A stretch of 64,000 nt of DNA from Escherichia coli (GTDB taxonomy: Bacteria; Pseudomonadota; Gammaproteobacteria; Enterobacterales; Enterobacteriaceae): assembly GCF_003790525.1 (NCBI RefSeq), contig NZ_CP033635.1. The stretch is one strand, 5' to 3'. Both the position numbers and the translations under genes were made by a program. Shown piece after piece: positions 21,484 through 33,053 of this stretch (positions are counted from its first letter, which is position 1; each line of letters begins with the position of its first letter). The notes below the pieces were generated by a model. It had not been told where the DNA came from. It did not search any database and saw only the letters and a list, made by a program, of their open reading frames with translations.

Positions 21484-21954
21484 ATATATTCCTTCAATCT
21501 CATTTATCGACTCCACATCCGTATATAACCGATTACTTTATTTAAGACACTGATAGTAGTAAAATTCCTTTTTATCCTCTAAGAATGTCTTAATTGAAAA
21601 TATGCACTCTATTCTAAAAAATAGAGAGCCCCGTTAGATGAATATTTCCGCGCAAAATATATTCAACACAAATATAGACCTGAAGCGGTAAATTACCAGG
21701 CTGAAAATTCTTTTTATATTGTCAGGTATTTCTTAAATTATCTTAATCCTTAGACAAGGAAATAAATCAGTTCCAGATTTACAACGTCATCATGGACGAA
21801 AAATGAAGCTTTCAATCTCAGCGACGGTGCGCCTCACCTTCGCAAGAGGTCGCTTCACGCGATAAATCTGAAACGAAACCTGACAGCGCGCCCCGCTTCT
21901 GACAAAATAGGCGCATCCCCTTCGACCTACGTAACAGATGGAATCCTCTCTCTG

Positions 21955-22821
21955 ATGGCAGCAAAGATTATTGACGGTAAAACGATTGCGCAGCAGGTGC
22001 GCTCTGAAGTTGCTCAAAAAGTTCAGGCGCGTATTGCAGCCGGACTGCGGGCACCAGGACTGGCCGTTGTGCTGGTGGGTAGTAACCCTGCATCGCAAAT
22101 TTATGTCGCAAGCAAACGCAAGGCTTGTGAAGAAGTCGGGTTCGTCTCCCGCTCTTACGACCTCCCAGAAACCACCAGCGAAGCGGAGCTGCTGGAGCTT
22201 ATCGATACGCTGAATGCCGACAACACCATCGATGGCATTCTGGTTCAACTGCCGTTACCGGCGGGTATTGATAACGTCAAAGTGCTGGAACGTATACACC
22301 CGGACAAAGACGTAGACGGTTTCCATCCTTATAACGTCGGTCGCCTGTGCCAGCGCGCGCCGCGTCTGCGTCCCTGCACCCCGCGCGGTATTGTCACGCT
22401 GCTTGAGCGTTACAACATTGATACCTTCGGCCTCAACGCCGTGGTGATTGGCGCATCGAATATCGTTGGCCGCCCGATGAGCATGGAACTGCTACTGGCA
22501 GGTTGCACCACCACCGTGACTCACCGTTTCACTAAAAATCTGCGTCACCACGTAGAAAATGCCGATCTACTGATCGTTGCCGTCGGCAAGCCGGGCTTTA
22601 TTCCTGGTGACTGGATCAAAGAAGGCGCAATTGTGATTGATGTCGGCATCAACCGTCTGGAAAATGGCAAAGTTGTGGGCGACGTGGTGTTTGAAGACGC
22701 GGCTAAACGCGCCTCATACATTACGCCTGTTCCCGGCGGCGTTGGCCCGATGACGGTTGCCACGCTGATTGAAAACACGCTACAGGCGTGCGTTGAATAT
22801 CATGATCCACAGGGTGAGTAA
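21955..22821 (+). CDS. folD: FolD, bifunctional methylenetetrahydrofolate dehydrogenase/cyclohydrolase
   Basis: 288-aa [26 protein letters not shown]. Confidence 0.95.
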   Translation: MAAKIIDGKTIAQQVRSEVAQKVQARIAAGLRAPGLAVVLVGSNPASQIYVASKRKACEEVGFVSRSYDLPETTSEAELLELIDTLNADNTIDGILVQLPLPAGIDNVKVLERIHPDKDVDGFHPYNVGRLCQRAPRLRPCTPRGIVTLLERYNIDTFGLNAVVIGASNIVGRPMSMELLLAGCTTTVTHRFTKNLRHHVENADLLIVAVGKPGFIPGDWIKEGAIVIDVGINRLENGKVVGDVVFEDAAKRASYITPVPGGVGPMTVATLIENTLQACVEYHDPQGE

Positions 22822-22822
22822 C

Positions 22823-23035
22823 ATGGCGACATTTTCTTTAGGTAAACATCCGCACGTTGAGCTGTGCGACTTGCTGAAACTGGAAGGCTGGAGCGAAAGC
22901 GGCGCACAGGCGAAAATCGCGATTGCCGAAGGCCAGGTGAAAGTCGACGGTGCGGTTGAAACGCGCAAACGCTGCAAAATCGTCGCCGGGCAGACAGTGA
23001 GTTTTGCAGGTCACAGCGTACAGGTTGTTGCCTGA
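22823..23035 (+). CDS. ybcJ: YbcJ, small S4-like RNA-binding protein
   Basis: 70-aa product from MATFSLGKHPHVEL; the ATG lies 2 nt after the folD stop. Confidence 0.8.
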   Translation: MATFSLGKHPHVELCDLLKLEGWSESGAQAKIAIAEGQVKVDGAVETRKRCKIVAGQTVSFAGHSVQVVA

Positions 23036-23042
23036 TCCCTTT

Positions 23043-23075
23043 CCCGGCCTGTATCAACAGGCCGGTTCTCTTTTC
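23043..23075 (+). terminator. Rho-independent terminator after folD-ybcJ
   Basis: Stem-loop CCCGGCCTGTATCAACAGGCCGG followed by the T-rich tract TTCTCTTTTC. Confidence 0.7.
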
Positions 23076-23142
23076 AGACTTTTGCCCTCTACGCCCCGTT
23101 CATCCATGCTGATAGCATCGACGTTTTGCCGAAGCGATCATC

Positions 23143-23664
23143 ATGCCAACCGTTATTACGCACGCCGCCGTTCCCCTATGCATTGGTTTAGGGTTGGGTT
23201 CGAAAGCCATCCCACCGCGTCTGTTATTTGCCGGAATCGTCCTGGCGATGTTGCCTGATGCCGACGTATTATCGTTTAAATTTGGCGTTGCTTACGGCAA
23301 CATTTTTGGTCATCGCGGGTTTACCCATTCGCTGGTGTTTGCGTTTGTTGTCCCGCTGTTATGTGTGCTGATTGGACGTCGATGGTTCAGGGCTGGGCTG
23401 ATTCGCTGCTGGCTGTTTTTAACCGTCTCGTTGCTATCGCACAGCTTGCTGGATTCGGTAACCACTGGCGGTAAAGGGGTTGGCTGGCTGTGGCCGTGGT
23501 CAGATGAACTCTTTTTCGCTCCCTGGCAGGTGATTAAAGTCGCGCCGTTTGCATTGTCTCGTTACACCACGCCGTACGGGCATCAGGTGATTATTTCTGA
23601 ATTGATGTGGGTGTGGTTGCCGGGGATGCTACTGATGGGAATGTTGTGGTGGCGCAGACGATAA
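23143..23664 (+). CDS. ybcI: YbcI, inner-membrane protein (DUF457-like)
   Basis: 173-aa hydrophobic ORF MPTVITHAAVPLCIGLGLG. Confidence 0.82.
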   Translation: MPTVITHAAVPLCIGLGLGSKAIPPRLLFAGIVLAMLPDADVLSFKFGVAYGNIFGHRGFTHSLVFAFVVPLLCVLIGRRWFRAGLIRCWLFLTVSLLSHSLLDSVTTGGKGVGWLWPWSDELFFAPWQVIKVAPFALSRYTTPYGHQVIISELMWVWLPGMLLMGMLWWRRR

Positions 23665-23699
23665 CCGGATGCGAAAACTCGCATCCGGCAATAGCGCAA

Positions 23700-25085
23700 T
23701 TACTTACGACGCCAGGTGGTCCCTTGCGGGCCATCTTCCAGCACGATCCCCATCTCGTTAAGACGGTCACGCGCCGCATCTGCCGCCGCCCAGTCTTTCG
23801 CTTTACGGGCATCCAGACGCTGTTGAATTAACGCTTCAATCTCAGCCACTTCGCTGTCGTCTGCCTGCGCACCGCTTTGCAGGAACGCTTCCGGTTCTTG
23901 CTCCAGCAGGCCCAATACGGCAGAAAGTTTACGCAGGTGAGACGCCATTGCATTCGCCGCTGCCATATCTTCTGCTTTCAGACGGTTTACTTCACGCGCC
24001 ATATCAAACAGTACGGAATAGGCTTCCGGGGTGTTGAAATCGTCGTTCATCGCCTCGATAAAGCGCGCTTCAAACGCTTCGCCACCGGCAGGCGCAACGG
24101 TTTTGTCTGTGCCGCGCAGCGCAGTGTAGAGACGTTCCAGCGCCGCACGCGCCTGTTTCAGGTTCTCTTCACTGTAGTTCAACTGACTGCGATAGTGACC
24201 CGACATCAGGAAGTAACGCACAGTTTCCGCATCGTAGTATTTCAGCACGTCACGCACGGTGAAGAAGTTACCCAGCGATTTGGACATCTTCTCGCGGTCA
24301 ACCATCACCATACCGGAATGCATCCAGTAATTCACATACTGGCCATCGTGCGCACAGGTGGACTGGGCAATTTCGTTCTCGTGGTGCGGGAACATCAGGT
24401 CAGAACCGCCGCCGTGGATATCAAAGTGGTTACCCAGCTGCTTGCAGTTCATTGCCGAACACTCAATGTGCCAGCCAGGACGGCCCGCGCCCCACGGAGA
24501 CGGCCAGCTCGGTTCGCCCTCTTTCGACATCTTCCACAGAACGAAGTCCATCGGGTTGCGTTTGTCGTCGACCACGTCAACGCGCGCGCCTGCCTGCAGC
24601 TGGTCGAGATCCTGACGCGACAGCACGCCATAAGTTGGATCGGTCGGGACGTCGAACATCACGTCGCCGTTGTCCGCCACATAAGCGTGACCTTTGGCGA
24701 TCAGTTGTTCAGTGAGTTCAATAATTTCTGCGATATGGTGCGTCGCGCGCGGCTCCATATCCGGGCGCAAAATGTTCAAAGCATCAAAATCTTTGTGCAT
24801 TTCGGCGATCATGCGATCCACCAGCGCCACAAAGCTTTCGCCATTTTCATTGGCGCGTTTGATGATTTTGTCGTCGATATCAGTAATGTTGCGCACATAC
24901 TTCAGCTTATAGCCGAGGAAACGCAGGTAGCGCGCGACCACGTCAAAGGCAACAAAGGTACGCCCGTGACCGATATGACAGAGATCGTAAACGGTGATTC
25001 CACACACGTACATGCCGACTTCCCCGGCGTGAATAGGCTTAAATTCCTCTTTTTGGCGTGTCAGAGTATTGAAGATTTTTAGCAT
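23700..25085 (-). CDS. cysS: CysS, cysteine--tRNA ligase
   Basis: 461-aa [20 protein letters not shown] with HIGH ([15 protein letters not shown]) and KMSKS motifs. Confidence 0.95.
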   Translation of the reverse strand: MLKIFNTLTRQKEEFKPIHAGEVGMYVCGITVYDLCHIGHGRTFVAFDVVARYLRFLGYKLKYVRNITDIDDKIIKRANENGESFVALVDRMIAEMHKDFDALNILRPDMEPRATHHIAEIIELTEQLIAKGHAYVADNGDVMFDVPTDPTYGVLSRQDLDQLQAGARVDVVDDKRNPMDFVLWKMSKEGEPSWPSPWGAGRPGWHIECSAMNCKQLGNHFDIHGGGSDLMFPHHENEIAQSTCAHDGQYVNYWMHSGMVMVDREKMSKSLGNFFTVRDVLKYYDAETVRYFLMSGHYRSQLNYSEENLKQARAALERLYTALRGTDKTVAPAGGEAFEARFIEAMNDDFNTPEAYSVLFDMAREVNRLKAEDMAAANAMASHLRKLSAVLGLLEQEPEAFLQSGAQADDSEVAEIEALIQQRLDARKAKDWAAADAARDRLNEMGIVLEDGPQGTTWRRK

Positions 25086-25258
25086 CGAAGATTCCGTTTA
25101 GACATGTGTGGGTAATTGAGTTGCGTATAATACCCATATTTCCCGCGCGAATCAGCATACATTGCGTGATGATCCGATCGTGCGGTTATGCTATAACACC
25201 CCCCTATATATGACCCGAACCGGGTTGAAGCACCAATCAAACGGAACAGGATGCAAAA

Positions 25259-25753
25259 ATGGTTACTTTCCACACCAATCACGGCGATATTGTCATCAAA
25301 ACTTTTGACGATAAAGCACCTGAAACAGTTAAAAACTTCCTGGACTACTGCCGCGAAGGTTTTTACAACAACACCATTTTCCACCGTGTAATCAACGGCT
25401 TTATGATTCAGGGCGGCGGTTTTGAACCTGGCATGAAGCAAAAAACCACCAAAGACCCGATCAAAAACGAAGCCAATAACGGTCTGAAAAATACCCGTGG
25501 TACGCTGGCAATGGCCCGTACTCAGGCACCGCACTCTGCAACTGCACAGTTCTTCATCAACGTAGTTGATAACGACTTCCTGAACTTCTCTGGCGAAAGC
25601 CTGCAAGGTTGGGGTTACTGCGTGTTTGCTGAAGTGGTTGAAGGCATGGACGTGGTAGACAAAATCAAAGGTGTTGCAACCGGTCGTAGCGGTATGCACC
25701 AGGACGTGCCAAAAGAAGACGTTATCATTGAAAGCGTGACCGTTAGCGAGTAA
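25259..25753 (+). CDS. ppiB: PpiB, peptidyl-prolyl cis-trans isomerase B (cyclophilin)
   Basis: 164-aa [30 protein letters not shown]. Confidence 0.95.
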   Translation: MVTFHTNHGDIVIKTFDDKAPETVKNFLDYCREGFYNNTIFHRVINGFMIQGGGFEPGMKQKTTKDPIKNEANNGLKNTRGTLAMARTQAPHSATAQFFINVVDNDFLNFSGESLQGWGYCVFAEVVEGMDVVDKIKGVATGRSGMHQDVPKEDVIIESVTVSE

Positions 25754-25755
25754 TC

Positions 25756-26478
25756 GTGGCGACACTCTTTATTGCAGATCTTCATCTCTGCGTGGAAGAA
25801 CCGGCGATCACCGCCGGTTTTCTGCGTTTTTTAGCGGGGGAAGCCCGCAAGGCCGACGCGCTGTATATTCTTGGCGATCTGTTTGAAGCGTGGATTGGCG
25901 ACGACGATCCCAACCCACTCCATCGCCAGATGGCGGCAGCGATCAAAGCGGTGTCCGATTCCGGCGTTCCCTGTTATTTCATTCATGGCAACCGTGATTT
26001 TCTGCTCGGCAAACGCTTTGCCCGTGAAAGCGGCATGACGTTATTGCCGGAAGAAAAGGTGCTCGAACTTTATGGTCGTCGGGTGTTGATTATGCATGGC
26101 GACACGCTGTGCACCGATGACGCCGGTTATCAGGCTTTTCGCGCCAAAGTCCACAAGCCGTGGCTGCAAACGCTATTCCTCGCCCTGCCGTTGTTTGTGC
26201 GCAAACGCATTGCCGCGCGAATGCGAGCGAACAGCAAAGAAGCCAACAGCAGTAAATCGCTGGCGATCATGGACGTTAACCAAAACGCGGTGGTCAGTGC
26301 GATGGAAAAACATCAGGTGCAATGGCTGATTCACGGGCATACCCATCGCCCGGCAGTACATGAACTTATCGCCAATCAGCAACCTGCTTTCCGCGTCGTG
26401 CTGGGTGCCTGGCATACGGAAGGTTCAATGGTGAAAGTCACGGCGGATGACGTTGAGCTGATTCATTTTCCGTTTTAA
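25756..26478 (+). CDS. lpxH: LpxH, UDP-2,3-diacylglucosamine hydrolase
   Basis: 240-aa [25 protein letters not shown], calcineurin-like metallophosphatase motifs ([11 protein letters not shown]). Confidence 0.93.
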   Translation: MATLFIADLHLCVEEPAITAGFLRFLAGEARKADALYILGDLFEAWIGDDDPNPLHRQMAAAIKAVSDSGVPCYFIHGNRDFLLGKRFARESGMTLLPEEKVLELYGRRVLIMHGDTLCTDDAGYQAFRAKVHKPWLQTLFLALPLFVRKRIAARMRANSKEANSSKSLAIMDVNQNAVVSAMEKHQVQWLIHGHTHRPAVHELIANQQPAFRVVLGAWHTEGSMVKVTADDVELIHFPF

Positions 26479-26507
26479 ATACCCGCAACTTTGCTGATTT
26501 CACAGCC

Positions 26508-26523
26508 ACGCAACCGTTTTCCT
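26508..26523. promoter_or_regulatory. Probable PurR operator in the purEK promoter
   Basis: ACGCAACCGTTTTCCT resembles the PurR box consensus (ACGCAAACGTTTTCNT); about 70 bp upstream of the purE start. Confidence 0.6.
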
Positions 26524-26594
26524 TGCTCTCTTTCCGTGCTATTCTCTGTGCCCTCTAAAGCCGAGAGTTGTGCACCACAGGAGTTTTAAGACGC

Positions 26595-27104
26595 ATGTCT
26601 TCCCGCAATAATCCGGCGCGTGTCGCCATCGTGATGGGGTCCAAAAGCGACTGGGCTACCATGCAGTTCGCCGCCGAAATCTTCGAAATCCTGAATGTCC
26701 CGCACCACGTTGAAGTGGTTTCTGCTCACCGCACCCCCGACAAACTGTTCAGCTTCGCCGAAAGCGCCGAAGAAAACGGTTATCAGGTGATTATTGCGGG
26801 CGCAGGCGGCGCGGCGCACCTGCCAGGTATGATTGCCGCCAAAACGCTGGTGCCGGTGCTGGGCGTGCCAGTACAGAGCGCCGCACTGAGCGGTGTCGAT
26901 AGTCTCTACTCCATCGTACAAATGCCGCGCGGCATTCCGGTGGGTACGCTGGCGATTGGTAAAGCTGGCGCGGCAAACGCGGCGTTACTGGCAGCACAAA
27001 TTCTTGCGACTCATGATAAAGAACTGCACCAGCGTCTGAATGACTGGCGCAAAGCCCAGACTGACGAAGTGCTGGAAAACCCGGACCCGCGAGGTGCGGC
27101 ATGA
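26595..27104 (+). CDS. purE: PurE, N5-carboxyaminoimidazole ribonucleotide mutase
   Basis: 169-aa product from [20 protein letters not shown]. Confidence 0.93.
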   Translation: MSSRNNPARVAIVMGSKSDWATMQFAAEIFEILNVPHHVEVVSAHRTPDKLFSFAESAEENGYQVIIAGAGGAAHLPGMIAAKTLVPVLGVPVQSAALSGVDSLYSIVQMPRGIPVGTLAIGKAGAANAALLAAQILATHDKELHQRLNDWRKAQTDEVLENPDPRGAA

Positions 27105-28168
27105 AACAGGTTTGCGTCCTCGGTAACGGGCAGTTAGGCCGTATGCTGCGTCAGGCAGGCGAACCGTTAGGCATTGCTGTCTGGCCAGTCGGGCTGGACG
27201 CTGAACCGGCGGCGGTGCCTTTTCAACAAAGTGTGATTACCGCTGAGATCGAACGCTGGCCGGAAACCGCATTAACCCGCGAGCTGGCGCGCCATCCGGC
27301 CTTTGTGAACCGCGATGTGTTCCCGATTATTGCTGACCGTCTGACTCAGAAGCAGCTTTTCGATAAGCTCCACCTGCCGACCGCACCGTGGCAGTTACTT
27401 GCCGATCGCAGCGAGTGGCCTGCGGTGTTTGATCGTTTAGGTGAGCTGGCGATTGTTAAGCGTCGCACTGGTGGCTATGACGGACGCGGTCAATGGCGTT
27501 TACGCGCCGATGAAACCGAACAGTTACCGACTGAATGCTACGGCGAATGTATTGTCGAGCAGGGCATAAACTTCTCTGGTGAAGTGTCGCTGGTTGGCGC
27601 GCGCGGCTTTGATGGTAGTACCGTGTTTTATCCGCTGACGCATAACCTGCATCAGGACGGTATTTTGCGCACCAGCGTCGCTTTCCCGCAGGCCAACGCG
27701 CAGCAGCAGGCGCAGGCCGAAGAGATGCTGTCGGCGATTATGCAGGAGCTGGGCTATGTGGGCGTGATGGCGATGGAGTGTTTTGTCACCCCACAAGGTC
27801 TGCTGATCAACGAACTGGCTCCGCGTGTGCATAACAGTGGGCACTGGACGCAAAACGGTGCCAGCATCAGCCAGTTTGAGCTGCATCTGCGGGCGATTAC
27901 CGATCTGCCGTTACCACAACCGGTGGTGAATAGTCCGTCGGTGATGATCAACCTGATTGGTAGCGATGTGAATTATGACTGGCTGAAACTGCCGCTGGTG
28001 CATCTGCACTGGTACGACAAAGAAGTCCGTCCGGGGCGTAAAGTGGGGCATTTAAATTTGACCGACAGCGACACATCGCGTCTGACCGCGACGCTGGAAG
28101 CCTTAATCCCGCTGCTGCCGCCAGAATATGCTAGCGGCGTGATTTGGGCGCAGAGCAAGTTCAGTTAA
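27101..28168 (+). CDS. purK: PurK, N5-carboxyaminoimidazole ribonucleotide synthase
   Basis: 355-aa ATP-grasp [19 protein letters not shown]; overlaps the purE stop by 4 bp. Confidence 0.93.
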   Translation: MKQVCVLGNGQLGRMLRQAGEPLGIAVWPVGLDAEPAAVPFQQSVITAEIERWPETALTRELARHPAFVNRDVFPIIADRLTQKQLFDKLHLPTAPWQLLADRSEWPAVFDRLGELAIVKRRTGGYDGRGQWRLRADETEQLPTECYGECIVEQGINFSGEVSLVGARGFDGSTVFYPLTHNLHQDGILRTSVAFPQANAQQQAQAEEMLSAIMQELGYVGVMAMECFVTPQGLLINELAPRVHNSGHWTQNGASISQFELHLRAITDLPLPQPVVNSPSVMINLIGSDVNYDWLKLPLVHLHWYDKEVRPGRKVGHLNLTDSDTSRLTATLEALIPLLPPEYASGVIWAQSKFS

Positions 28169-28184
28169 TTGATGCTCATTTTCT

Positions 28185-28372
28185 TGCCGCATGCGGCGTG
28201 AACGCCTTATCCGGCCTACCGTTCCAACACCGACTGTAGGCCTGATAAGATGCGCCAGCATCGCATCAGGCATGGTGTGCCGATTGCCGGATGCGGCGTG
28301 AACGCCTTATCCGGCCTACCGTTCCGACACCGCCTGTAGACCTGATAAGACGCGCCAGCATCGCATCAGGCT
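28185..28372. repeat. REP/BIME cluster (two tandem roughly 100-bp units of paired REP palindromes)
   Basis: GCCGGATGCGGCGTGAACGCCTTATCCGGCCTAC and its inverted partner GTAGGCCTGATAAGACGCGCCAGCATCGCATCAGGC appear twice in tandem between convergent purK and ybcF. Confidence 0.85.
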
Positions 28373-28400
28373 AGATGTGCCAATTGCCTGGTGCCCATCA

Positions 28401-29294
28401 CTACAGCGAAATACAGGTCCCCGCTTCGCCCGCCAGCGTCTCTTCAATTCGCGATAACGCCCCAATCCACGCGGGTTTACCACGGCTTCTGACATAGCCA
28501 CTCACTGCCGTTACCTTCGGCCCCATCGAACCATCGGCTTTGGCAAGTGGCGCTAACTCATCCGGTGTGGCATGGCGAATGGCACGTTGCTGCGGCGTTC
28601 CCCAGTTTTCATATACCGCATCAGCATCGGTGAGGATCACCAGTCCATCGGCATTAATCTGCTCGGCGAGCAACGCAGCGGCGAGATCTTTATCAATCAC
28701 TGCTTCACTCCCTACTCCGTCATCCGTCACAGGCACACCGCCGCCGCCACTGCAAATCACCACATGCCCCTCTTTGAGCAACAACTCGATGGCTTCGCTG
28801 TCGAGAATATTACGCGGTTGCGGAGACGCCACCACCCGGCGCAAATATTTACCATCACGTTTCATCTGCCAGCCGTAAGCAGCTTCCAGTGCCTCTTGTT
28901 CTTCTGGCTGATAAACCGGACCGATAAACTTCTCTGGCTGCAAAAACGCCGGATCATCAGGCGAAACCTCAATGCGCGTCAGCACCGTCGTGACAGGCGG
29001 CATCTGCGGCTGTGCGCTCAAGCTCTGCACCAGCATATAGCCAATCATCCCCTGGCTTTCCGCCACCAGCACATCCAGCGGATACGGTTCTACCTCTTTC
29101 CACGCCAGATTCTGTAACGCCAACAGCCCCACCTGTGGCCCGTTGCCGTGAACAATCGCCAGCCGATAAGAACGGGCCAGGCGCGCCAGCGCGGGTACAG
29201 CACTGGCAATATTGCGATATTGATTTTCTGCCGTCAGCGCCTCACCGCGCTGGAGTAAGGCGTTGCCCCCAAGAGCCACAACCAGTGTTTTCAT
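28401..29294 (-). CDS. ybcF: Carbamate kinase-like protein (YbcF/ArcC family)
   Basis: 297-aa product from [18 protein letters not shown], a carbamate kinase fold signature; start overlaps the ylbF stop. Confidence 0.85.
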   Translation of the reverse strand: MKTLVVALGGNALLQRGEALTAENQYRNIASAVPALARLARSYRLAIVHGNGPQVGLLALQNLAWKEVEPYPLDVLVAESQGMIGYMLVQSLSAQPQMPPVTTVLTRIEVSPDDPAFLQPEKFIGPVYQPEEQEALEAAYGWQMKRDGKYLRRVVASPQPRNILDSEAIELLLKEGHVVICSGGGGVPVTDDGVGSEAVIDKDLAAALLAEQINADGLVILTDADAVYENWGTPQQRAIRHATPDELAPLAKADGSMGPKVTAVSGYVRSRGKPAWIGALSRIEETLAGEAGTCISL

Positions 29295-30106
29295 GGTTTT
29301 CCTTGTAATAATTGTTGGCCAAGCCAGAACCCCAGCAGCGTATCGGCCCCTGACGTATGCCCCAGCGCCAGCAGCGAATCGATCGCCGCTGCGGTACGTT
29401 TCGGGCAACTCAGAGCATGAACAAAGTGCAGGAGTGGCGAGGCGAAATATCCTTGCGCGGCATAACGTAAATAACTGACGCTCACCGCTGTGGTAACGAG
29501 TTGAAGATTGTCGGAACAGGCAAAAAACGGGCGACCGGAGCGCGCATCTAAAGCGCCATAATACCAGGCCGCCAGCAGCATTCCGCTCAGCGTGTCATCA
29601 TGACTTGGCGTTAATCCTGGGCCTTTACCCAGCCAGTGCCGCCAGTCGGTCTTAACGCCATTGAGCGCGGCCTGAAAACAGTGACGAAACTGGCGTAACT
29701 CAGCAGGCAGCGGATCGCTTGCCGCCATCGCCAGTGGCCCGAAAAGCCCGGTTTCCTCCGCGCGTTGCATCCATGCAGCTGCAAGCGGTTGAGGATGCGC
29801 AGGCGGCGTAATACGCAGCAAACAATAACGCTGTGGCTGTTTAACCGTGAAACGTCCGAGGCGAATGCCTTGAGCCACAACCTGTGGTCGTTCATTGCCG
29901 CATAATCCACCGCATAACGCATCGAATTGCGCGCGGCGAAGCACCCATCCTCCGGGGCCGAAACCACTCCCCTGACGATGCAGCGTTAACAGTTCGCCGC
30001 TTTCCGTCATCAGGTTAATCGCCCGCCGCCAGATGCCCGCTAACCGCCAGGACTGGCAATAATTCGGTGCACTACGGCTGGCAAGCAGAGGATGGATGAT
30101 CGTCAT
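29291..30106 (-). CDS. ylbF: YlbF, DUF2877-type protein of the fdrA-ylbE-ylbF cluster
   Basis: 271-aa product from [17 protein letters not shown]. Confidence 0.8.
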   Translation of the reverse strand: MTIIHPLLASRSAPNYCQSWRLAGIWRRAINLMTESGELLTLHRQGSGFGPGGWVLRRAQFDALCGGLCGNERPQVVAQGIRLGRFTVKQPQRYCLLRITPPAHPQPLAAAWMQRAEETGLFGPLAMAASDPLPAELRQFRHCFQAALNGVKTDWRHWLGKGPGLTPSHDDTLSGMLLAAWYYGALDARSGRPFFACSDNLQLVTTAVSVSYLRYAAQGYFASPLLHFVHALSCPKRTAAAIDSLLALGHTSGADTLLGFWLGQQLLQGKP

Positions 30107-30116
30107 TGCGCGTTCC

Positions 30117-31376
30117 TCAACCAATACCCATGCTTTCAGCCAGAGCTTCCAGCGCCTGTTCAAAGCACGCCAGCGGTGCCCGCACGGTGCCTGCACCAAT
30201 CTGCCCGATCCCCGCCTCTTTATGGGCGATACCCGTATTGATGAGTGGTGTAATGCCGGTTTCTACCACGCGACGAATATCCAGCCCCAGACACGCGCCC
30301 TGGAAATCCCAGCCAGGGATCTGCAACTGCATATTGCGTTCAAGGAAGATTTCTGCCATCTCTTCAGATACTGCTCTGGCTGCTTCCATACCACCCGCAC
30401 CGACAAAGCGTGTTACGCCAGGGGCGGCGATCATTGCCGCACCACCGATACCAAAGGTTTCGGTAATCGCGCTATCGCCCATATCCGGGTTCGCCTGCTC
30501 CTGCGAGAAGCCGGTGAAAAACAGACCTTGCGGAGTGTTTACAGGCGCAGTAAACCAGCGCTCGCCCAGCCCACTTACCCGAATCCCGAACATATTGCCG
30601 TTGCGGGTCATAGCCGTAACGATGCTGCCCGCGCGGATCATCGCGCCTGCATCCATCGCCGCCTTGCAATAGGCCATCGCGAGGTTGAGGAAGAACTGAT
30701 CGGTCACGCTGAGGAAATCCATCACTTCCGCGATGTGCTGTTTATCGTGATTGAGGCGAGCAATTTGTGGGGCCAGCGCGCGCATCAACAGTGCTGAGGA
30801 TGCAATGTTGCGCTGATGGAACTCATCGCCCATGGTAATGCCCTGTGCCATCATCGCGGTGAGATCGATACCGCGCTCCATGCGCCCCAGCGCCGCGCTT
30901 AATACTGGCATTAACACATCGCGCATCCAGCGATGGCGAGTCAGGACATCTTCGCCGTAAGCGCCAAAACGCATCACTTTGCCGATACCTTCGTTGAGGT
31001 TGCAGTAGGCCCGGTTGCCGTCGGTCACGTTCTCGACCACCAGCATCGGCATACTGGCAGAAGTAATGCCACCCATTGGCCCGACGGCATTCACATGGTG
31101 ACAAGGAATGAAGTTCACTTCCCCCTGCTCCAGCATCGCCAGCGCCTGCGCTTCATCTTTCGCCCAGCCTTCGAACAGACATGCGCCCACGCACGCCCCT
31201 TTCATGGGTCCGGTCATCTCCTGCCAGCGCATTGGCGGCCCGGCGTGAAGCAGTGTTTTGCCCTTGTTTAGTTCGCTGATAAGTGAAGAAGCCGGTTGCA
31301 CATCCAGCCAGTGTGGACGAGCGCGACGAATTTGTTCGATAACCGCAGCATTGGCTTGCGCCACTGATGTAAACAT
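30117..31376 (-). CDS. ylbE: YlbE, DUF1116-type protein (intact 419-aa frame)
   Basis: Uninterrupted 419-aa [26 protein letters not shown]. Confidence 0.82.
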   Translation of the reverse strand: MFTSVAQANAAVIEQIRRARPHWLDVQPASSLISELNKGKTLLHAGPPMRWQEMTGPMKGACVGACLFEGWAKDEAQALAMLEQGEVNFIPCHHVNAVGPMGGITSASMPMLVVENVTDGNRAYCNLNEGIGKVMRFGAYGEDVLTRHRWMRDVLMPVLSAALGRMERGIDLTAMMAQGITMGDEFHQRNIASSALLMRALAPQIARLNHDKQHIAEVMDFLSVTDQFFLNLAMAYCKAAMDAGAMIRAGSIVTAMTRNGNMFGIRVSGLGERWFTAPVNTPQGLFFTGFSQEQANPDMGDSAITETFGIGGAAMIAAPGVTRFVGAGGMEAARAVSEEMAEIFLERNMQLQIPGWDFQGACLGLDIRRVVETGITPLINTGIAHKEAGIGQIGAGTVRAPLACFEQALEALAESMGIG

Positions 31377-31385
31377 GGGAACCCC

Positions 31386-33053
31386 TTATTGCAAACGTTC
31401 TAATAAACGAGCCAGTTTTTTATTGCCGCCGGCGACTGGCGACCATTGGTAATGCACAACCGGTTTGCTGGCGCTTTGTAGCTCCAGCGCAAAGCTGCGT
31501 AATCCGATGTTAATCACGGCGACGTTTTCCAGTAATGACGGTGTGTGTTGCTGTGTGGCAGGCGAGAGCGGATGAATTAACGCCGCCGCCAGCAAGGTGG
31601 CTTCCGGTAGCGAACTCACTACCGCGATCCCCGCATCTTCCAACGTGGCGATTTGCTGCGCGCGGCATTGCGGGTCACGTTCAGTGCCTGTCACCGTGGC
31701 AATGGCATACAGTGGTTGATTGTCTGAACGCGCGGCACAGGCTTTTTGCCAGGCGCTCACCAGCGAGGCGGCAGGATCGGCGGTCGCACCGAAGCCAATC
31801 ACGACATCAAGCAGCAACACGCGCACTTGCGGTTTAGCGCCGAGATCGGCAATTAACAGGTTGCGTAAGGTCGGGTCGATCATCGGATGGGGACGCCCGA
31901 CGGTGTAAAAATCATCGCCCAGGTCGAGGATCTGATGTCCGTCGGCGTCCAGCATCATGCCATGTTGATGGGTATCGTCGGCTTCCACGCCAAGGTGTCC
32001 GGCAAGTAATCCCGCCGCTTCAGCAGCCAGCGTACCGCCGGTATACAAACCGCAAATAAATCCGCTGCTGACAGGCGCTATCGCGTTACGTCGCGCAGTG
32101 ACGCGTGAAAGCAGACAAGCCAGGCGTGCGGCCTCATCCAGCGAGGAGGCAAACCAGACATTCTCGTCGCGGGCCACCGCCGGGGTATAACCTAAAAACA
32201 ACGCCACCGTCGGTTTGCCAGTTGCTTTCATGGCATTAACAATTTTCAGACGCACAGCTTCGGCAGGTGGTTTTGAAACAAATGCCAGCACTTCGCTTTT
32301 CTCGTCTGCACTAAGCATTTCCAGCGCCGTTAGCGCACTGATGCCGCCCACTTCACGGCTGAGGTCGCGCCCGCCAAGGCCAATCGCATGAGTAATTCCC
32401 TCCCCTGCCAGCGCAATCTGTGAGCACAGCTCCTGAATCCCGGTACCGGAAGCGCCAATGACGCCAATGTTGCCTTCCGGCATCACGTTAGCAAAAGCCA
32501 GCGGCGTGGCGGCAATCATCGACGTACCGCAGTCCGGCCCCATCACCAGCAAGCCTTTTTCCCGCGCGCGGGTTTTAAGTTGGATTTCATCTTCCAGCGT
32601 GACGTTATCGGAGAACATCATCACGTTGAGGTTGCGATCCAGCGCCTGGTTCGCCAGCTCCGCCGCATACTCGCCAGCCACTGAAATCAGCGCCAGACTG
32701 GCATCGGGTAATTTCTGACAGGCACTGTCCCAACGACGCACCTGCGTCAACGCCTGGCTGCTGCCTGAACCCTGCGCCAGTTGTTTTAGCGCCTCTTCAA
32801 GCTGCTGCATAACCGCCTGCGCGATCCCCGCATCTGCCGCTTCGCTACGAATTGCCACGCAAATATCGTTCGGCGTGGCGTGATTAAAATCGTCATGCCA
32901 GAAACCTGTGGTATCTAATAACGCTTTATTGGCGGGCGTACCCATCATTACGGAAACATCATCAACATTTTCTGATTCGCTGAGTTTTCGTGAAATAATC
33001 ATTAAACTGACCGAATCCTGAAAACACCCTTTTTTAATAAAGGCGTGGATCAT
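31386..33053 (-). CDS. fdrA: FdrA, acyl-CoA synthetase (NDP-forming)-like protein
   Basis: 555-aa ORF MIHAFIKKGCFQDSVSLMIISRKL, CoA-binding/succinyl-CoA-synthetase-like layout. Confidence 0.85.
   Translation of the reverse strand: MIHAFIKKGCFQDSVSLMIISRKLSESENVDDVSVMMGTPANKALLDTTGFWHDDFNHATPNDICVAIRSEAADAGIAQAVMQQLEEALKQLAQGSGSSQALTQVRRWDSACQKLPDASLALISVAGEYAAELANQALDRNLNVMMFSDNVTLEDEIQLKTRAREKGLLVMGPDCGTSMIAATPLAFANVMPEGNIGVIGASGTGIQELCSQIALAGEGITHAIGLGGRDLSREVGGISALTALEMLSADEKSEVLAFVSKPPAEAVRLKIVNAMKATGKPTVALFLGYTPAVARDENVWFASSLDEAARLACLLSRVTARRNAIAPVSSGFICGLYTGGTLAAEAAGLLAGHLGVEADDTHQHGMMLDADGHQILDLGDDFYTVGRPHPMIDPTLRNLLIADLGAKPQVRVLLLDVVIGFGATADPAASLVSAWQKACAARSDNQPLYAIATVTGTERDPQCRAQQIATLEDAGIAVVSSLPEATLLAAALIHPLSPATQQHTPSLLENVAVINIGLRSFALELQSASKPVVHYQWSPVAGGNKKLARLLERLQ

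Noticed and set aside
21484-21954. A fimS-like invertible phase-variation switch upstream of sfmA
   Set aside because: No pair of 9-bp inverted repeats flanking a roughly 300-bp segment and no recombinase gene of the fimB/fimE type nearby; it appears to be an ordinary AT-rich promoter region.
21790-22248. 152-aa minus-strand ORF spanning the sfmA-folD intergenic region and the folD 5' end
   Set aside because: Overlaps the folD start on the opposite strand, has no ribosome-binding site and lies in the folD promoter/leader region.
23665-23688. Bidirectional terminator between convergent ybcI and cysS (CCGGATGCGAAAACTCGCATCCGG hairpin)
   Set aside because: A good stem-loop but lacking a clear T-run on either side, so I did not list it as a confident intrinsic terminator; it may still act as an RNA 3'-end stabiliser.
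23877-25082. 401-aa plus-strand ORF
   Set aside because: Entirely antisense to cysS, whose product carries unmistakable class-I synthetase motifs; no ribosome-binding site, a typical stop-free antisense frame.
28185-28372. Possible CRISPR array (regular palindromic repeats); also considered for 50310-50396 and 55825-55990
   Set aside because: The repeats are REP/BIME palindromes of about 35 bp with irregular spacing and no unique spacers of constant length, and no cas genes occur anywhere in the window.
30096-30797. Plus-strand ORFs of 233 and 188 aa
   Set aside because: Both lie inside and antisense to ylbE; the minus-strand gene fits the operon spacing and overlaps.
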